Assembly (NCBI RefSeq): GCF_009914755.1
Contig: NC_060929.1
DNA from: the human T2T-CHM13v2.0 reference genome, Homo sapiens
Length of the DNA stretch: 64,000 nucleotides
Strand: one strand, 5' to 3'
A model generated the notes under the pieces. It did no database searches, was not told where the DNA came from, and worked only from the letters and a program-made list of their open reading frames with translations. Below are positions 27,260 to 40,029 of this stretch, piece by piece (positions within the stretch are counted from its first letter, which is position 1; each line of letters opens with the position of its first letter). Position numbers and translations under genes: made by a program.

Positions 27260-29388
27260 AGCTAGAGTATTCATATTAACATTATAAAAGCTAGATTTCA
27301 GAGTATAAATTCATATTAGTGATAATAAAGAACATTTCATAATGACAAAGGAGTCAATTCACCAAGAAGACATACCAATTCTAAATGTATATTCACATAG
27401 CAACAGAACTTCGAAATACATAAGGAAAACTCTGATAAAACTGGAAGGAAACATGGGAAAACTAAAATGAGGAATTGGCCAACATTATCTGCCCACTAAA
27501 TCAAATTAATTTTAATAGAAAACTCCAGCCAAAAACAATCAAACATATATTTTTTCAAAATGCACACAAAACATTAATCTATATATATATTATATTTAGG
27601 GCCACTAAACAAACTCAATAAAATTAAAATAATAAAACATCATTCAAACTATTTTTTACAGATTGTAACAGAATTGAACTAGAAGTCAATAACAAAAAGA
27701 TATCAGGAAAATTCCTAATTATTGGAAAATTAAACAACTTAATTGTAAATACTTAATAGTTCAATTTAGAAGTCTCAAAAAAGTTTTTATAATATTTTGA
27801 ATTGCATTTTAAAAGAAGAAATTATTTCAAAATTTGTGGGAAGCTGCTCAAGCTGCTGAGATTAAAATTTACAGCATTAAATGATCACATAAGAAGAGGA
27901 GAAAGTTCTCAAATCAGTAATATAAACCTCTACCTCAAAAAACTAGAAAAAGAAGAGCGAATAAAAACTAAAGCCAGAAGAAAAATAAAAATAATAAAGA
28001 TAATAGCAGATATTGATGAAATTAGATACACCAAAGCAATGAAAAAAACCAATGACATGAAATACTGCTTCTTCAAACAGATCAAGAAAAGTGATAAAAA
28101 TTTGTTAGATTGATCAGGAAAAAGACAGAAGGCACATTTATAAATATCAGAATGAAAAGGAGATTATCACTACTAAATCCCACAGATGTAAAAATAACAA
28201 TACAGCAATACCATAATAAACCCTAGGCTCACAATTTTGAAAAGTTAGATAATATTGATTAATTCTTTGAAAGACAGAAGCTAACAAAACACTCAAGGAA
28301 AAGCAGGCCATCTCATTACACTTAATTATATACAATATATAAAATTTATGGTTAAAATCATCCAAGGGAGAAAACTACAGACCAAAATTATTTCACTGCC
28401 CTATTCTGCCAAACAATAAAGAAACAATACCAATTCTATACCTCTCTTTCAAAAAAGGGAGGAAAGAATACTTCACAATTTATTGTATGAAGACAGCCTT
28501 AGTCTATACTGAAAGCAATATATAAATAAATAAACACAAAAAACCTATATATCACTATCTCTCATGAACATAGTTGCAAAAATCTTTGATGAAATATTTT
28601 CAAACTATATCCTACAATGTATAAAATACAGAAATACATTATGGTCAATTTATATTTTTCCTAGGGATGCAAGGTTGGTTCAGCATTTGAAAATCAATAA
28701 TTTGTTGGATCAGTAGACTAAAGAAGAATAAATAATTATAAAGTTAGATGTATGAACTAGTATTAGATAAAATTTAATGTTTTCATGATAAAAATCTCAG
28801 CAACTCAAGAAAAATGTGAAGGAAACTTTCTTAACTTCATAAAATGTATCTAAAACAAATTCACAGTTAACCTTATACTTAATTGTAAAAGACTGAATAC
28901 TCTCACTGAGATAGGAAACAAAGCAAGCATTTCCTCTTACATAATTTCACCCTGTTGGAAGATTTGCCTTGTGTAATAAGGCAATAAAAATGAATAATAA
29001 ATAGATTAGAAAGAAAGGAATAATACTGCATCTCTTAGATTTCAAAAATCTAATGGGGGACACTTCTAGAATTAACAAGTGAGTCGGGATGAGACAGAGG
29101 ATTCAAACTAAATACAGCAAAACTGTTGTTTCTATATATTAGCAAATAACAATTGGAATACAACATGAAGACCAATACCACTTACACAAGTATAAAAAAG
29201 TGAATATTAGGTATAAATATAGTAGAATGTATTTTTAATATCAGTATGCTGAAAACTATAGAACACTGATAATAGAAATAGATAAATTATACTCATTGAT
29301 TGGAAGACTCAATATTTTTAATAGGTTAATTTTCCCCAAATTGATATAGATTCACTGAAATCTCATTAACGTCCCAGTTGGATTTTTG
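27260..29388 (+). mobile_element. Decayed L1M ORF2 (endonuclease through RT)
   Basis: acatttcataatgacaaaggagtcaattcaccaagaagacataccaattctaaatgtat; ORF 27802-28113 LKFTALNDHIRRGESSQISNINLYLKKLEKEE; gggatgcaaggttggttcagcatttgaaaatcaat. Confidence 0.88.
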
Positions 29389-29556
29389 TTTTTTTAATAA
29401 GTGATCACAACCACAAATTTTTGAAAACATCTTTTTATACAGATGTTCATTATGTTATATATTTATGTAATGCATATTTTGTGTTTTGTTTATTTATTTA
29501 GATGGAGTCTCACTCTTGTCGCCCAGGCTGGAGTGCAGTGGTGCAGTCTCAGCTCA
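29386..29556 (+). repeat. Ectopic direct copy of 10754-10999 (unique flank plus Alu 3' end)
   Basis: 40-nt identity 29390-29429 = 10757-10796 and 21-nt identity 29466-29486 = 10821-10841, followed in both places by an antisense Alu 3' end. Confidence 0.85.
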
Positions 29557-29559
29557 GTT

Positions 29560-30260
29560 ATTTTAAGTCATTGAACATATTTATAATAGATAGGTCCTTG
29601 ACTATCAATTCTATTAACTGGGTATATGAGGAGTTTGTTTCTTAGGAATATTTATTTTATTTATAGTGGATCATATTTACTTCCTTTTTCTCATGTCTGT
29701 TAATATTTTGTCATACCCTTACCATTGTGAATGATACATTGTCTAAATTTTGAATTCTATCATCTTGCCCTGAAATGTGGATTTTGTTCTACCAGGCTAA
29801 ACTACTGATTGATAACTTTGAAGTTGTAATTCTTGATCTACACTTTGTTAGGGCAGATCTATGGAAAGCCTGAGATGTTGACCAAAACCCTCTCATCTGG
29901 AAGTGTTTAAACTGCAAACTCCCTCTTTCTGAGGTGGACGGTATCTTAAATCTTTGCTTACTACTTTGAGCTTTTAACTTGCTGTTTTCTGGTGTCTGTT
30001 CTCCCTCCATGTATAATTTAACTGTCTGTAAAGAGGTTAAGCGGCTATTTATGTGGAGATTTTAGGATTCTATTCACTATAATCCCTCTCTTTTGGAAGT
30101 CCTATTGGATTCTCTGACAACTCAAGCCTATAAGATTATGGCTTTCAGCTCTTCTGCTCAATTTCTATTTGTTTGACATCATTTTTGTATTATGGAATAT
30201 CTTCTGAGGAAAAGCCATGTTTAATATAGATTTACGGGTTAGTATGCTAGATGTTTAGGG
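29560..30260 (-). mobile_element. Old L1M 5' region fragment
   Basis: cattgaacatatttataatag...tttttctcatgtctgttaatattttgtc...accattgtgaatgatacattgt resembles the antisense L1M 5' region. Confidence 0.5.
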
Positions 30261-30563
30261 TTAGTATGCTACATTCTAGTTTCAGTTATGCACTTATAAT
30301 TTTAAATTTCGTTTTTATTTTTTGAAATATAGTTTTGAGATATTCATATACTATAAAATTTATACATGTAAAGTATACAATTTACTGGAGTTTTAATAGT
30401 ATATCTCAACGTTGCATAAACACTACCACAATCTAATTTCAGAACACTTTCTTCACTCCATATGGCTCAATGTGTTTCCATACTTATGACCCTGGCGACC
30501 ACTAATCCACTTTCCACCTCTATGAATTTGCCTACTTGGCATATAAATGAAAGTATACAATAG

Positions 30564-31223
30564 TGATATAGGAGTTAAGAAGGAATCACTTAAGCAGATA
30601 ATAAGGGTATGAGAGTCCTTGGTAAGGCTTTTCTTTTTAATGAAAAGCAGCCACAAATTATTTTCTAACAAAGAGCAGACAGTAAAGACAAGCTGCAAAC
30701 AGACAAGAAAGCTGGGAGTTTGCACAGGTGAATGCCAGCAGGAACTAGGGGATACACATGTTCAAGATGGTGGCTCCATCTTTCCTTCTCTGCCAGCCAC
30801 GTGTACAATAAAGATCAGACAAGATGGTACTGGCCAAGGGGAGAATTTATTTTTATATTAAGATTAGGATGGGGCAACCAGCCGTCCCTGAACCCTATGT
30901 AAACATCATACCTGATCTAACCAATCTGTGAACGCTGTGTAAATCAGACACTGCCTCCTCAAGCCGGGATATAAAAACTGGTGTGTCCACCGCCAGCTGG
31001 TTTTTTCTGCTCGGAAGTCTTCTCTCAATAGAGAGAGCTGTTTTTCTTTCTCTTTCCTTCTGCTCGGAAGTCCCCTCTCAATAGAGAGAGCTGTTTTTCT
31101 TTCTCTTTCCTTCTGCCTATTAAACCCCTGCTCCTAAACTTTTAGTATGCGACCATGTCCTAAATTTTCCTGGCTTGAGACGATGAACCCTGGGTATATA
31201 ACCCAGACAACATAGTTGCTTTA
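30564..31223 (+). promoter_or_regulatory. 5' LTR (LTR9-like)
   Basis: tgatataggagttaagaaggaatcactt...; TATA-like tataaaa at 30970; polyA-like attaaa at 31119; homologous to 34457-35410. Confidence 0.85.
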
Positions 31224-31226
31224 TAC

Positions 31227-31245
31227 TGGAGATCTCGTCCAGGAT
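31227..31245 (+). other. Primer binding site, tRNA-Pro
   Basis: tggagatctcgtccaggat vs canonical PBS-Pro TGGGGGCTCGTCCGGGAT, 3 nt after the LTR end. Confidence 0.8.
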
Positions 31246-31860
31246 ACCAAGGTAAAACATTTATCAAAATGGTGAGTAGAGGAGCAAACTCCAACTCTGT
31301 CCTTTCATTTCGGGGCTCTTGCCCTCCATTTTAGAACCAAATCAAATCAATAAAGGGCATCTGTCAGCCAGGTAAAAACACAGTTAATGTGGCTGCTGTT
31401 CTTAAAGACCTAGATGTGAAGCTTGCTGAGGAGAACATGGAGAATCCCCTGCAACCACGGGTTGCTGGACATGTTGGCCATGTTTGAACCAGCTTCCTTT
31501 CATGGAGGACTTAACTGTTGCATGGGGCTGAAAGAGGTTTCAGTGCAACTAAGGATTCCTGGCTGGGGCTATCCCCTGGTTTTATCCAAAGGCTTCTGGA
31601 CTGACCCCAACCTCTGACCACCCAATGGGGTGTCGGCTACATAATCTCCAACTTTTCTATTGTAATTTCCTCCTTTCCTCTCCACAACTGCCATATCTCC
31701 TATGCTCTCTGCATATGCAATATGTGGGAAGTTTTACAGTTCAGGGAAGTAATCTTATTTGGCAAGATCAAGGAGTATTGTAGTAACTGGGGATATAGCT
31801 CAAGGGAAGGCGTCTTTCTGATTTTCTAAAAACAGAGGGTCTCCCTTCTACACCGAGCAT

Positions 31861-32031
31861 ACTCTCTGCCCGTGGTCTGGAGAGCACCTGGCATTTCTAG
31901 GTCACTCTCTGCCCCTGGTCTGGAGAGCACATGGCATTTCCAGGTCTCTCTCTGCCCTTGGTCTGAAGAACACATGGCATGTCAACGTCACTCTGCCCTT
32001 GGTGTGGCGAGCACATAGCATTTCAAGGTCA
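31861..32031 (+). repeat. Four-copy ~43-bp tandem repeat in the ERV leader
   Basis: Unit actctctgccc(c/g/t)tggtctggagagcacatggcatttc(t/c/a)aggtc repeated 4 times with drift. Confidence 0.9.
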
Positions 32032-32788
32032 ACAGCACCACCTAGTGGCATCGAGATAATCTCCATGAGGCACACCATTGGTTCGTTACCAAAACACTCT
32101 TAGCTTACCAATTCTCTTCCCTTTTTGTGCCTCTCTACTAGAAACCAGCCTTCATGCTCCTGTAAATGGCGAAATTCTGCCTTCAACAACTAGGAGTAAC
32201 ATATTATCCGGAGCTAAATTCTAGTCTCAATACTGTCCCATCAGCAGGAAAATAGCCATTTGGTTCCCACATTCCTTTAAGTCACCTATTCTGCCTCTAA
32301 TTAGAATGGTATTTAATTAGTAAGGGGATTTTTAAGTTCAGAAGTTAACCAGAACCATTTTCTAAGGTTAAATGCTTTAGCATGGGCTATAACAGTAGGA
32401 TATGGAGCCCAAATCAACCCACTTCCTCCATTAAGGAGGAAAGTGCAAAAGTTTCCCAAAAGCAACTTTCACATAGTCTCTCGAGAGATCCTTTTTTTTT
32501 TTCGGGGAGCTAGGCAGGTCATACAAGTCTAGGAAGTCAAAGGGAAATCACAGGCAGAGAACTACAGCTGCATGGTGGGCGTGACTAATCCCAATCTCTT
32601 AGTTCCTCTGGTTCCATGGCTGGGGGTCACACCTGCAACCATGGGTGGCACATTCAACAAGGTGCCAGGACCCAGGAACCACGGAGGGGAAACAGCTGGG
32701 GGACACCCACACTGTCTTCCTCCCAACTCTGGGTCATACCAAAAGGAAGAAGGCAAAAGGGATACCTTTTTCTCACTTCTCTTTCTAG

Positions 32789-33890
32789 ATGGGTAACAGG
32801 TTATCTTCGGGCTGTACTCCTCTGGAGTGCATTCTGAAGCACTGGGACTCCTTTGACCCTGAGACTTTGAAGAAAACATGGCCCATTTTCTTTTGCATAA
32901 GGGCATGGTCTTTTTACCCTCTTGAACCAGCCTGGCTTGTGGAAGGAAGCTTAATTTTAATATTAACTGACAGTTAGATCTTTTCTGCAGATGGGAGGGC
33001 AAATGGTCCAAGGTACCTTATGTGCAGGCTTTCTTTTGCTCTGCGTGACAACCCATATCTTTGCAAACATTGCACAATTGACTCAGCCCTTTTACCTATC
33101 ATGTCAGACGGTCCCAAGGGGAATGATTCCCCAAGACTAGAAAAGCAAATTCTGCAGAAACCATCTGAGGCAGCTATTGAGTGTGCCAGCCCTTCCAGTC
33201 TCCCTTATCTGGGGCCACTTCCAACCATGCCACAGATCTTCCACCTCCACCATCTCCAAAGTTTCCCACTTTCACACATTCACTGTTCCCTCTACAGGAA
33301 AGGCCCAATGGAGGTGATGCCATTAGGGTTCAAGTTCCCTCCTCATTGCAAGCTCTTAGGCAAGTAAAGGGAGACCTAAGCCAATTTTCTGATGACACTG
33401 ATAGGTATATAGAAGCCATCCAAAATTTAACTCAGGTATTTGACCTCTCCTGGAGGGATGTTATGCTGCTCCTAAGCCAAACCCTAACCACAGCTGAGAG
33501 GCAGGTAGCTCTGTAGGCAGCAGAGAAATTCAGAAATGAGCAATGTGTCTCCCGTAGTAGGTCTAAAAGAAAAGAGAAAATAGGGAAGGTGAAGAAATAA
33601 TGGAAACTCCATTCCCAAAAGGAAGGAAAGCAGTTCCTCTTGACAACTCTAATTGGGGCCCTAATGATGCTACAGATGAATGGAAAAGGAAACATTTTTT
33701 AATGTGCATATTTAAGGTCACACCTGCAACTATGGGCAGCACATTCAACAAGTGCCAGGACCCAGATCTAGTGCCAGAAAAACTTGGACTAAACCTCTTA
33801 ATTACTCTAAACTGTTCATGATAGATCAAAAGCCAGATGAGAATCCTACAGCCTTCTTGGAAAGACTGAGAGAGGCACTAATAAAGCACA
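32789..33890 (+). pseudogene. gag: Gammaretrovirus-like gag remnant (MA, CA up to the major homology region)
   Basis: MGNRLSSGCTPLECILKHWDSFDPETLKK; QVKGDLSQFSDDTDRYIEAIQNLTQVFDLSWRDVMLLLSQTLT; QKPDENPTAFLERLREALIKH; stops and frameshifts. Confidence 0.9.
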
Positions 33891-34393
33891 ACAATAATCC
33901 ATAAACTCTTTAGCCTCAGTAGTAATACAGAATAGACAGGCCCTAGATGTCCTTACAGCCAAAGGAGGGGGACCTGGGAGTCTTAAATGAAAAATGCTGC
34001 TTCCAGATCAACACCTCTAGTCAAGTAGAAGAAAACCTACAGTTGCTTAAAGATCAAGTTAAAATCAATTACAGATTAAAAGAAAATGCAGGCTCCAGCC
34101 CTGGATGGCTACAATCCCTCTTTAATGAATTCTAGTCTTCTTCGTGAAACTGGCTAGTGACATTGTTAACTGGTTAGTGCCCCCTCTTGCTCATATGTTT
34201 TATATTAACGTCTGGACCTTGTCTACTCAATACTGTTACTCAAATTGTTTACTCTTGCCTAGAAGCAATCCAATTCCAAATGGTGCTGCAGAGTGAACCA
34301 CACATGGACACGCCTTTCTTCCGAGGACTCTTAGTTCAACCCCAGGAGGATCCCTACTTTCTGTTCCTCACACTGCTTTTCAGCAGGAAGTAG
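33891..34393 (+). pseudogene. env: env TM remnant
   Basis: SINSLASVVIQNRQALDVLTA (ISD-like), LNEKCCFQINTSSQVEENLQLLKDQV, membrane anchor and tail LLICFILTSGPCLLNTVTQIVYSCLEAIQFQMVLQ. Confidence 0.88.
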
Positions 34394-34456
34394 CCAGAAA
34401 GAGTCATTGACCAACACCCCTAACAGCAGTTAGGGTTACCACTCCTGAGTGAGGAA

Positions 34457-35410
<954 letters not shown>

Positions 35411-35816
35411 ATACCTGTACTTTTGTGTCTGATTTTTTTTTTTTTTTACTTAGTCTAACCATTTCAAGTGTTTATATTGAAACACTTTCAGTAGTTCATT
35501 ACTATTTGTGACCAAATAATATTACATGTATGGATATACCACATTATTTAATCCATTCATCAGTTGATACACACTGGTATTGTTTCCACTTTTTGGTAAT
35601 TGGGAATAAGGTTACTATGAAGATTCTTGTACAAATTTTTATGTAGATGTGTATTTTCATTTCTCTTGGGAATATACCTAGGTATATAATTGCTGGGTGA
35701 GATAGTAACACTATGTTCAACATTGTAGGAACTGCAAAACCCTTTTCCACAGTGACTGTACCATTTTACATTTTCACCAGCAGTGTATGAGGGTTACAGC
35801 CTCTCCACATTATGGC

Positions 35817-36254
35817 TATATTAGCTCACTAGGGTTGTCATAACAAAGAATCACAAATTGTGTGGCTTAAAAAATTTATTTTCTCACAGTAATGCCCACT
35901 AGAAGTCCATGATCAAGATGTTTGCAAGGTTTGTTCCATCCAAGGGCTCTAAGAGAATCTGTTTTATGCCACTCTCATAACTTCTGGTGTTTTTTGTCTT
36001 GTAAATAATATCATTTGTATCTCTGTCTTCATCATTACATGGAATTCTTGTTGTGTTCTTGTCTATTTCTGTGTTCAAATTTCCCTTCTTAATAAAGAAA
36101 ACAGTTATACTAGATTAAGTCCCCCAGTGGTGACCTCATCTTAACTTGACTGCATCTACAAAAACCTGGTTTCCAGATAAGGTCACATTCTGAGGTACTG
36201 AGGTTTAGGACTTCAATATATCTTTTTTGGGGAGACAAAATCCAATCTGTAACA
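35817..36254 (-). mobile_element. MLT1C-like MaLR solo LTR
   Basis: tagggttgtcataacaaagaatcacaaattgtgtggcttaa...gtgacctcatcttaacttgactgcatctacaaaaacctggtttccagataaggtcacattctgaggtactg...tgtaaca. Confidence 0.85.
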
Positions 36255-37842
36255 CTCATCCACATTGTTATTGTCTTTTTGGTAGTAATCATCCTAATGG
36301 CTATGAAGTGGTATTTCATTGCGGTTTTCATTTGCATGTTGTTAATGACTAATTATGTTAACCTTCTTTTTATGAGCTACTAGACATTTTATCTTTTTGG
36401 AGATATTTATATTCAGATGCTTTGCCCATTTTCAATTTACTTATTTGTTCATTATGCGTGGTAAAAGTTATTTATTTATATATTCTGAATACAGAATATA
36501 TAAATGTGAGAAGTACACACCCAATTTCTGAGGTTACTATGAAAATATATGATTTGAAAATATCTTCTTTCATTTTGTGTTTTGTTTTTTCTTTCCTGAC
36601 AATGTCCTTAGAAGCACCAAAACTTAATTTTGATAAAATCTGCCTTATATATTGTTGCTTATGCTATTTGTTTTAGATCTCTAAGAAATCATCCCCTTTT
36701 CCAAGTTCATTAGGTTTACCTTTATGTTTTTTTCTAAGTGTTTTATTATTTTAGTACTTCAAGTGTTTGATCCATTTTTAGTTCATTTTTGGATATGATA
36801 TGAAGCAGGGGTACAACTGCCTTGTTTATGTATAGATATCTTGTTTTCCCAGAGCCATTTGTTGAAAACTCTTTTTTTCTCCACTGGAGAAATTCACATA
36901 AAATTTAAAGAAAGTTTGTGACAGTAAAACAAATAATAATATGTGAATTATATGATGTAAAAGAAGGGACATATTAAGAGACTACATTGAGACACTACTA
37001 AAAAAGTTTTTCCCACCATGTCTGTCAATCATTTCCACCACTGGAGTAATGACTACTTCCATATATAAACCAAGTGTTTCTGAACCCACATTTTATCAAC
37101 TGTTCTACATGTTTGCCTCATTCTTGATTTTTAGGTACTATACTAATTTTACTTCGAGTCCTCTCTAACACTGGAATGCACTGGAGGTCTTGGCACATAC
37201 ATTTTTTGCATGTTGACTCAGTAAACATACCATATATATGACTCTAATACTGATTACACGTAGTAATCAGCATGATTATAAAATACCTATAATAAAATTC
37301 GGAGAAAAGGAAAGTAAAATTTATCAAAATATTTGTCCTCCCTGGAGGTGTATTTTCTCTTTATAATGTTTCTCTCTATTTTATAGAACTATAGACTAAG
37401 ATACAGAATATGGTAGCAGAGACTTTAATATATAAAGTTTGTATCATGTATTCTAATTTTCTGTAATAGTCTATATTGTTTACCAACCAGTAGAAATGTT
37501 AGAATTTCATTCAAGATGCTGAGGAATGAGCATAAGAATCTGTATATGGACAATATGAATCAGAAGATGAATATTTTGTACCTGAGAAAAGAATGTATTA
37601 GTATAATGAGAACTAACTAAATAAATATATTAAAGGAAAGTGTAGGCCAGTAGGAAAGAGCAAAAGAAAAAGAGAATAATGCAGAAACTTTATCAATAAA
37701 TGGAATCAGTACTACAGTGGACTGAGACAATTGCAGTCAAAGTGTTGGGAAGCAATAACTTGAGCAAATGTCACTTTTTCTTTCCAAGAAATTGTTGTAT
37801 CTTACCTTGTGCACATGGAGTCATAATAATAAGTGTCAAAAC

Positions 37843-38301
37843 TGTAAAGGTCTGACATTTTATCCTATCTACAAGTTTACAAGTTAGCCTAAAGAAGTTC
37901 TGTAGATATTGGCAGAAGACATGATGCTTCTGAGATGAAGACCTTTACTACTCATGACACATCAAGAAGTATAATCTTCAAAATCATATCATTTCCACAG
38001 TGATGATGAGCCCAGGAAGATTCCATGAATGCAATGAGCTTCTATCACAGATGAGGAACCCCATATATAAAGAACTCCCGATTTAATAAGGAAATATAAG
38101 AAAACCTGCCCAATCTTTGTCCCAGAGGAAGACATTATCTTTATTATCCTGGACAGCAAATAATTCTACCTTCTGCCCTAGTGGGAGAGAGTATCATTCA
38201 AGGTTGCTCATGAAACAAGTATTATTGAAAAGAAGATAGAGAACTAGTCTGTCACAAGACTTGTTTAAATGTGAGAAATCCATGTAGAGTGGTTTCCAAA
38301 A
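37843..38301 (-). mobile_element. LTR40-like ERVL solo LTR
   Basis: tgtaaaggtctgacattttatcctatctacaagtttacaagttagcct...ggcagaagacatga...; reverse end ttggaaaccactctacatggatttctcacattt resembles the recalled LTR40 start. Confidence 0.6.
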
Positions 38302-38402
38302 ATCGGTCACAGAGAAAGAAAGCAACAAAGCATTTAGGTTTCTCAAAGCATCATCTTAAGCAATGATTTGGATGGAACTTGTTGCAGACCACTAAGTGAC
38401 AT

Positions 38403-38907
38403 TGTTACAGTGCATAGCTAGTTCAGTATGAGCAGTGCATAAGAGGGTTTTCCACCCCCCAACACACACCAAGAGTAATGGTCAGGCGATTAACTGTCTC
38501 TCTAAAGTAATAATTGGTCACAGCAGTGCCAGGAAAGGCAGTCTCCTAATAGAAAAAAAAAAAACACCTAAAACTGGTGATCAGCAGCTTCCCAGTAAGA
38601 TCTCAGGAGTTGGGAGAGTGGCAAGCAGTAACACAAGACCCTAGAAATATGCCAACATATAAAACCCCAAGTCAAAAGTTCAAGCCGTGCACTTGTCTTT
38701 CAAGTCACCTACTTGGCCCTCTTCCAAGTGTACTTTCCTTTCTTTCATTTCTGTTCTAAAGCTTTTTAGTAAATTTTCACTCCTGCTCTGATACTTGCCT
38801 CAGTCTCTCCATTAGCCTTTTGCCCTTCTGTCATATTCTTTCTTCTGAGGAGGCAAGAATTGAGGTCACTGCAGTCCTCTATGGATACAAATTTGCCAGC
38901 ACTAATA
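38403..38907 (+). mobile_element. MER50-like ERV1 solo LTR
   Basis: atggtcaggcgattaactgtctctctaaagtaataattggtcacagc...aaactggtgatcagcagcttcccagtaagatctcaggagttggg...ttcttctgaggaggcaagaattgagg. Confidence 0.75.
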
Positions 38908-39275
38908 TTAGTAAATGAGGAGTGTAAGGAAAATAGATGTGCTGTAGTCAAAAATAGGCGGAGGCAGACATCTGGTGCAGCATGACTCAGCGGGTTTGGA
39001 GTGCAGGTGCACAACTCTACACATTATGCAACCACGCCACGTGAGGCGCATTAGGTAATCACCCATGTGAGCTTGTGCTTGGCTCGGAACCACTGTTGTC
39101 TGTAAAAGTTATAAATACCCCGCTGACACTGTACATATGGCTTGTGCCCAGGCTCACTTGTGCCCAGAGAGAGAGTAAAGCCATGTTGAAATTGTCTACT
39201 ATTCCTTAAGTATTTTTCTAGCTACCCAGCACTCACCCACTGACTCCCCTCAGACCTTAGTTAGAACCTGACAAT

Positions 39276-39293
39276 TAGCATCACAAACAGGAT
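39276..39293 (+). other. Primer binding site, tRNA-Ser
   Basis: tagcatcacaaacaggat vs TGGCGTCACGAACAGGAT (complement of a tRNA-Ser(CGA) 3' end); all three differences are G-to-A, two at CpG. Confidence 0.8.
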
Positions 39294-40029
39294 CCTGAGC
39301 TGTGCTGCTTGGATGGGATCCAGTAGAAACCTGGGCAGTGGTAGATGGATCCTCTGCAAGCGTGGAGAAGCTGCTGAAGCAGCTGGAAGTGCAGAGCACC
39401 AAGAAGGAGCTAGCTTTTGCCAGCAGAGTTGGACGGGCATTTTTCACTGTGCTATGAGAAGTACACACCCAGTTTCTGAGGGATGTAGTGCAGGTAAGGG
39501 CTCTCCAGGTGCAGGCAGGGCACCTGGAGGCCTGGCTGCACAGCTCAGAAAAAGAGTTAGAAGCTGCTATGAATGGGGACCTTCAGGCACAGGTTGGGTG
39601 CCTGGAGGCCTGGCTACAGAGCTTGGAATCGCTGCTATGGTGGCTCGGTCCCACAGATGGGATCAAGGGTTCTATGCTGTAAAGAAGGGAAAGATTTCCC
39701 ACCCACAGAGGGCCCCCCATGGGAGAAAAGGGGTTCCCAATGAGTGACATGTTCGCAGATGTGGATAGATTTGATTTTCGCCAGCGTTGACTGAGAGGAA
39801 ATTGGTAAGCAGCCCAATGAACTACTCTTAACTTTGTTGAAACAGTTGTCTCCAGAGCAGCAATTCCAGAAAATGCCCAAGGGGAAGAAGGACATTGCTG
39901 AGTGACCCAGTCCCACCTGGGTGCTCCAGCCCAAAGACTATGTGCTGCAGCCAGGTGGGGGTGTAAAGTTTTTTCTGTTTGATTAGAAAACTGGCCTAGG
40001 TGCCCACCTTGTGGAGACACCGGATGACT

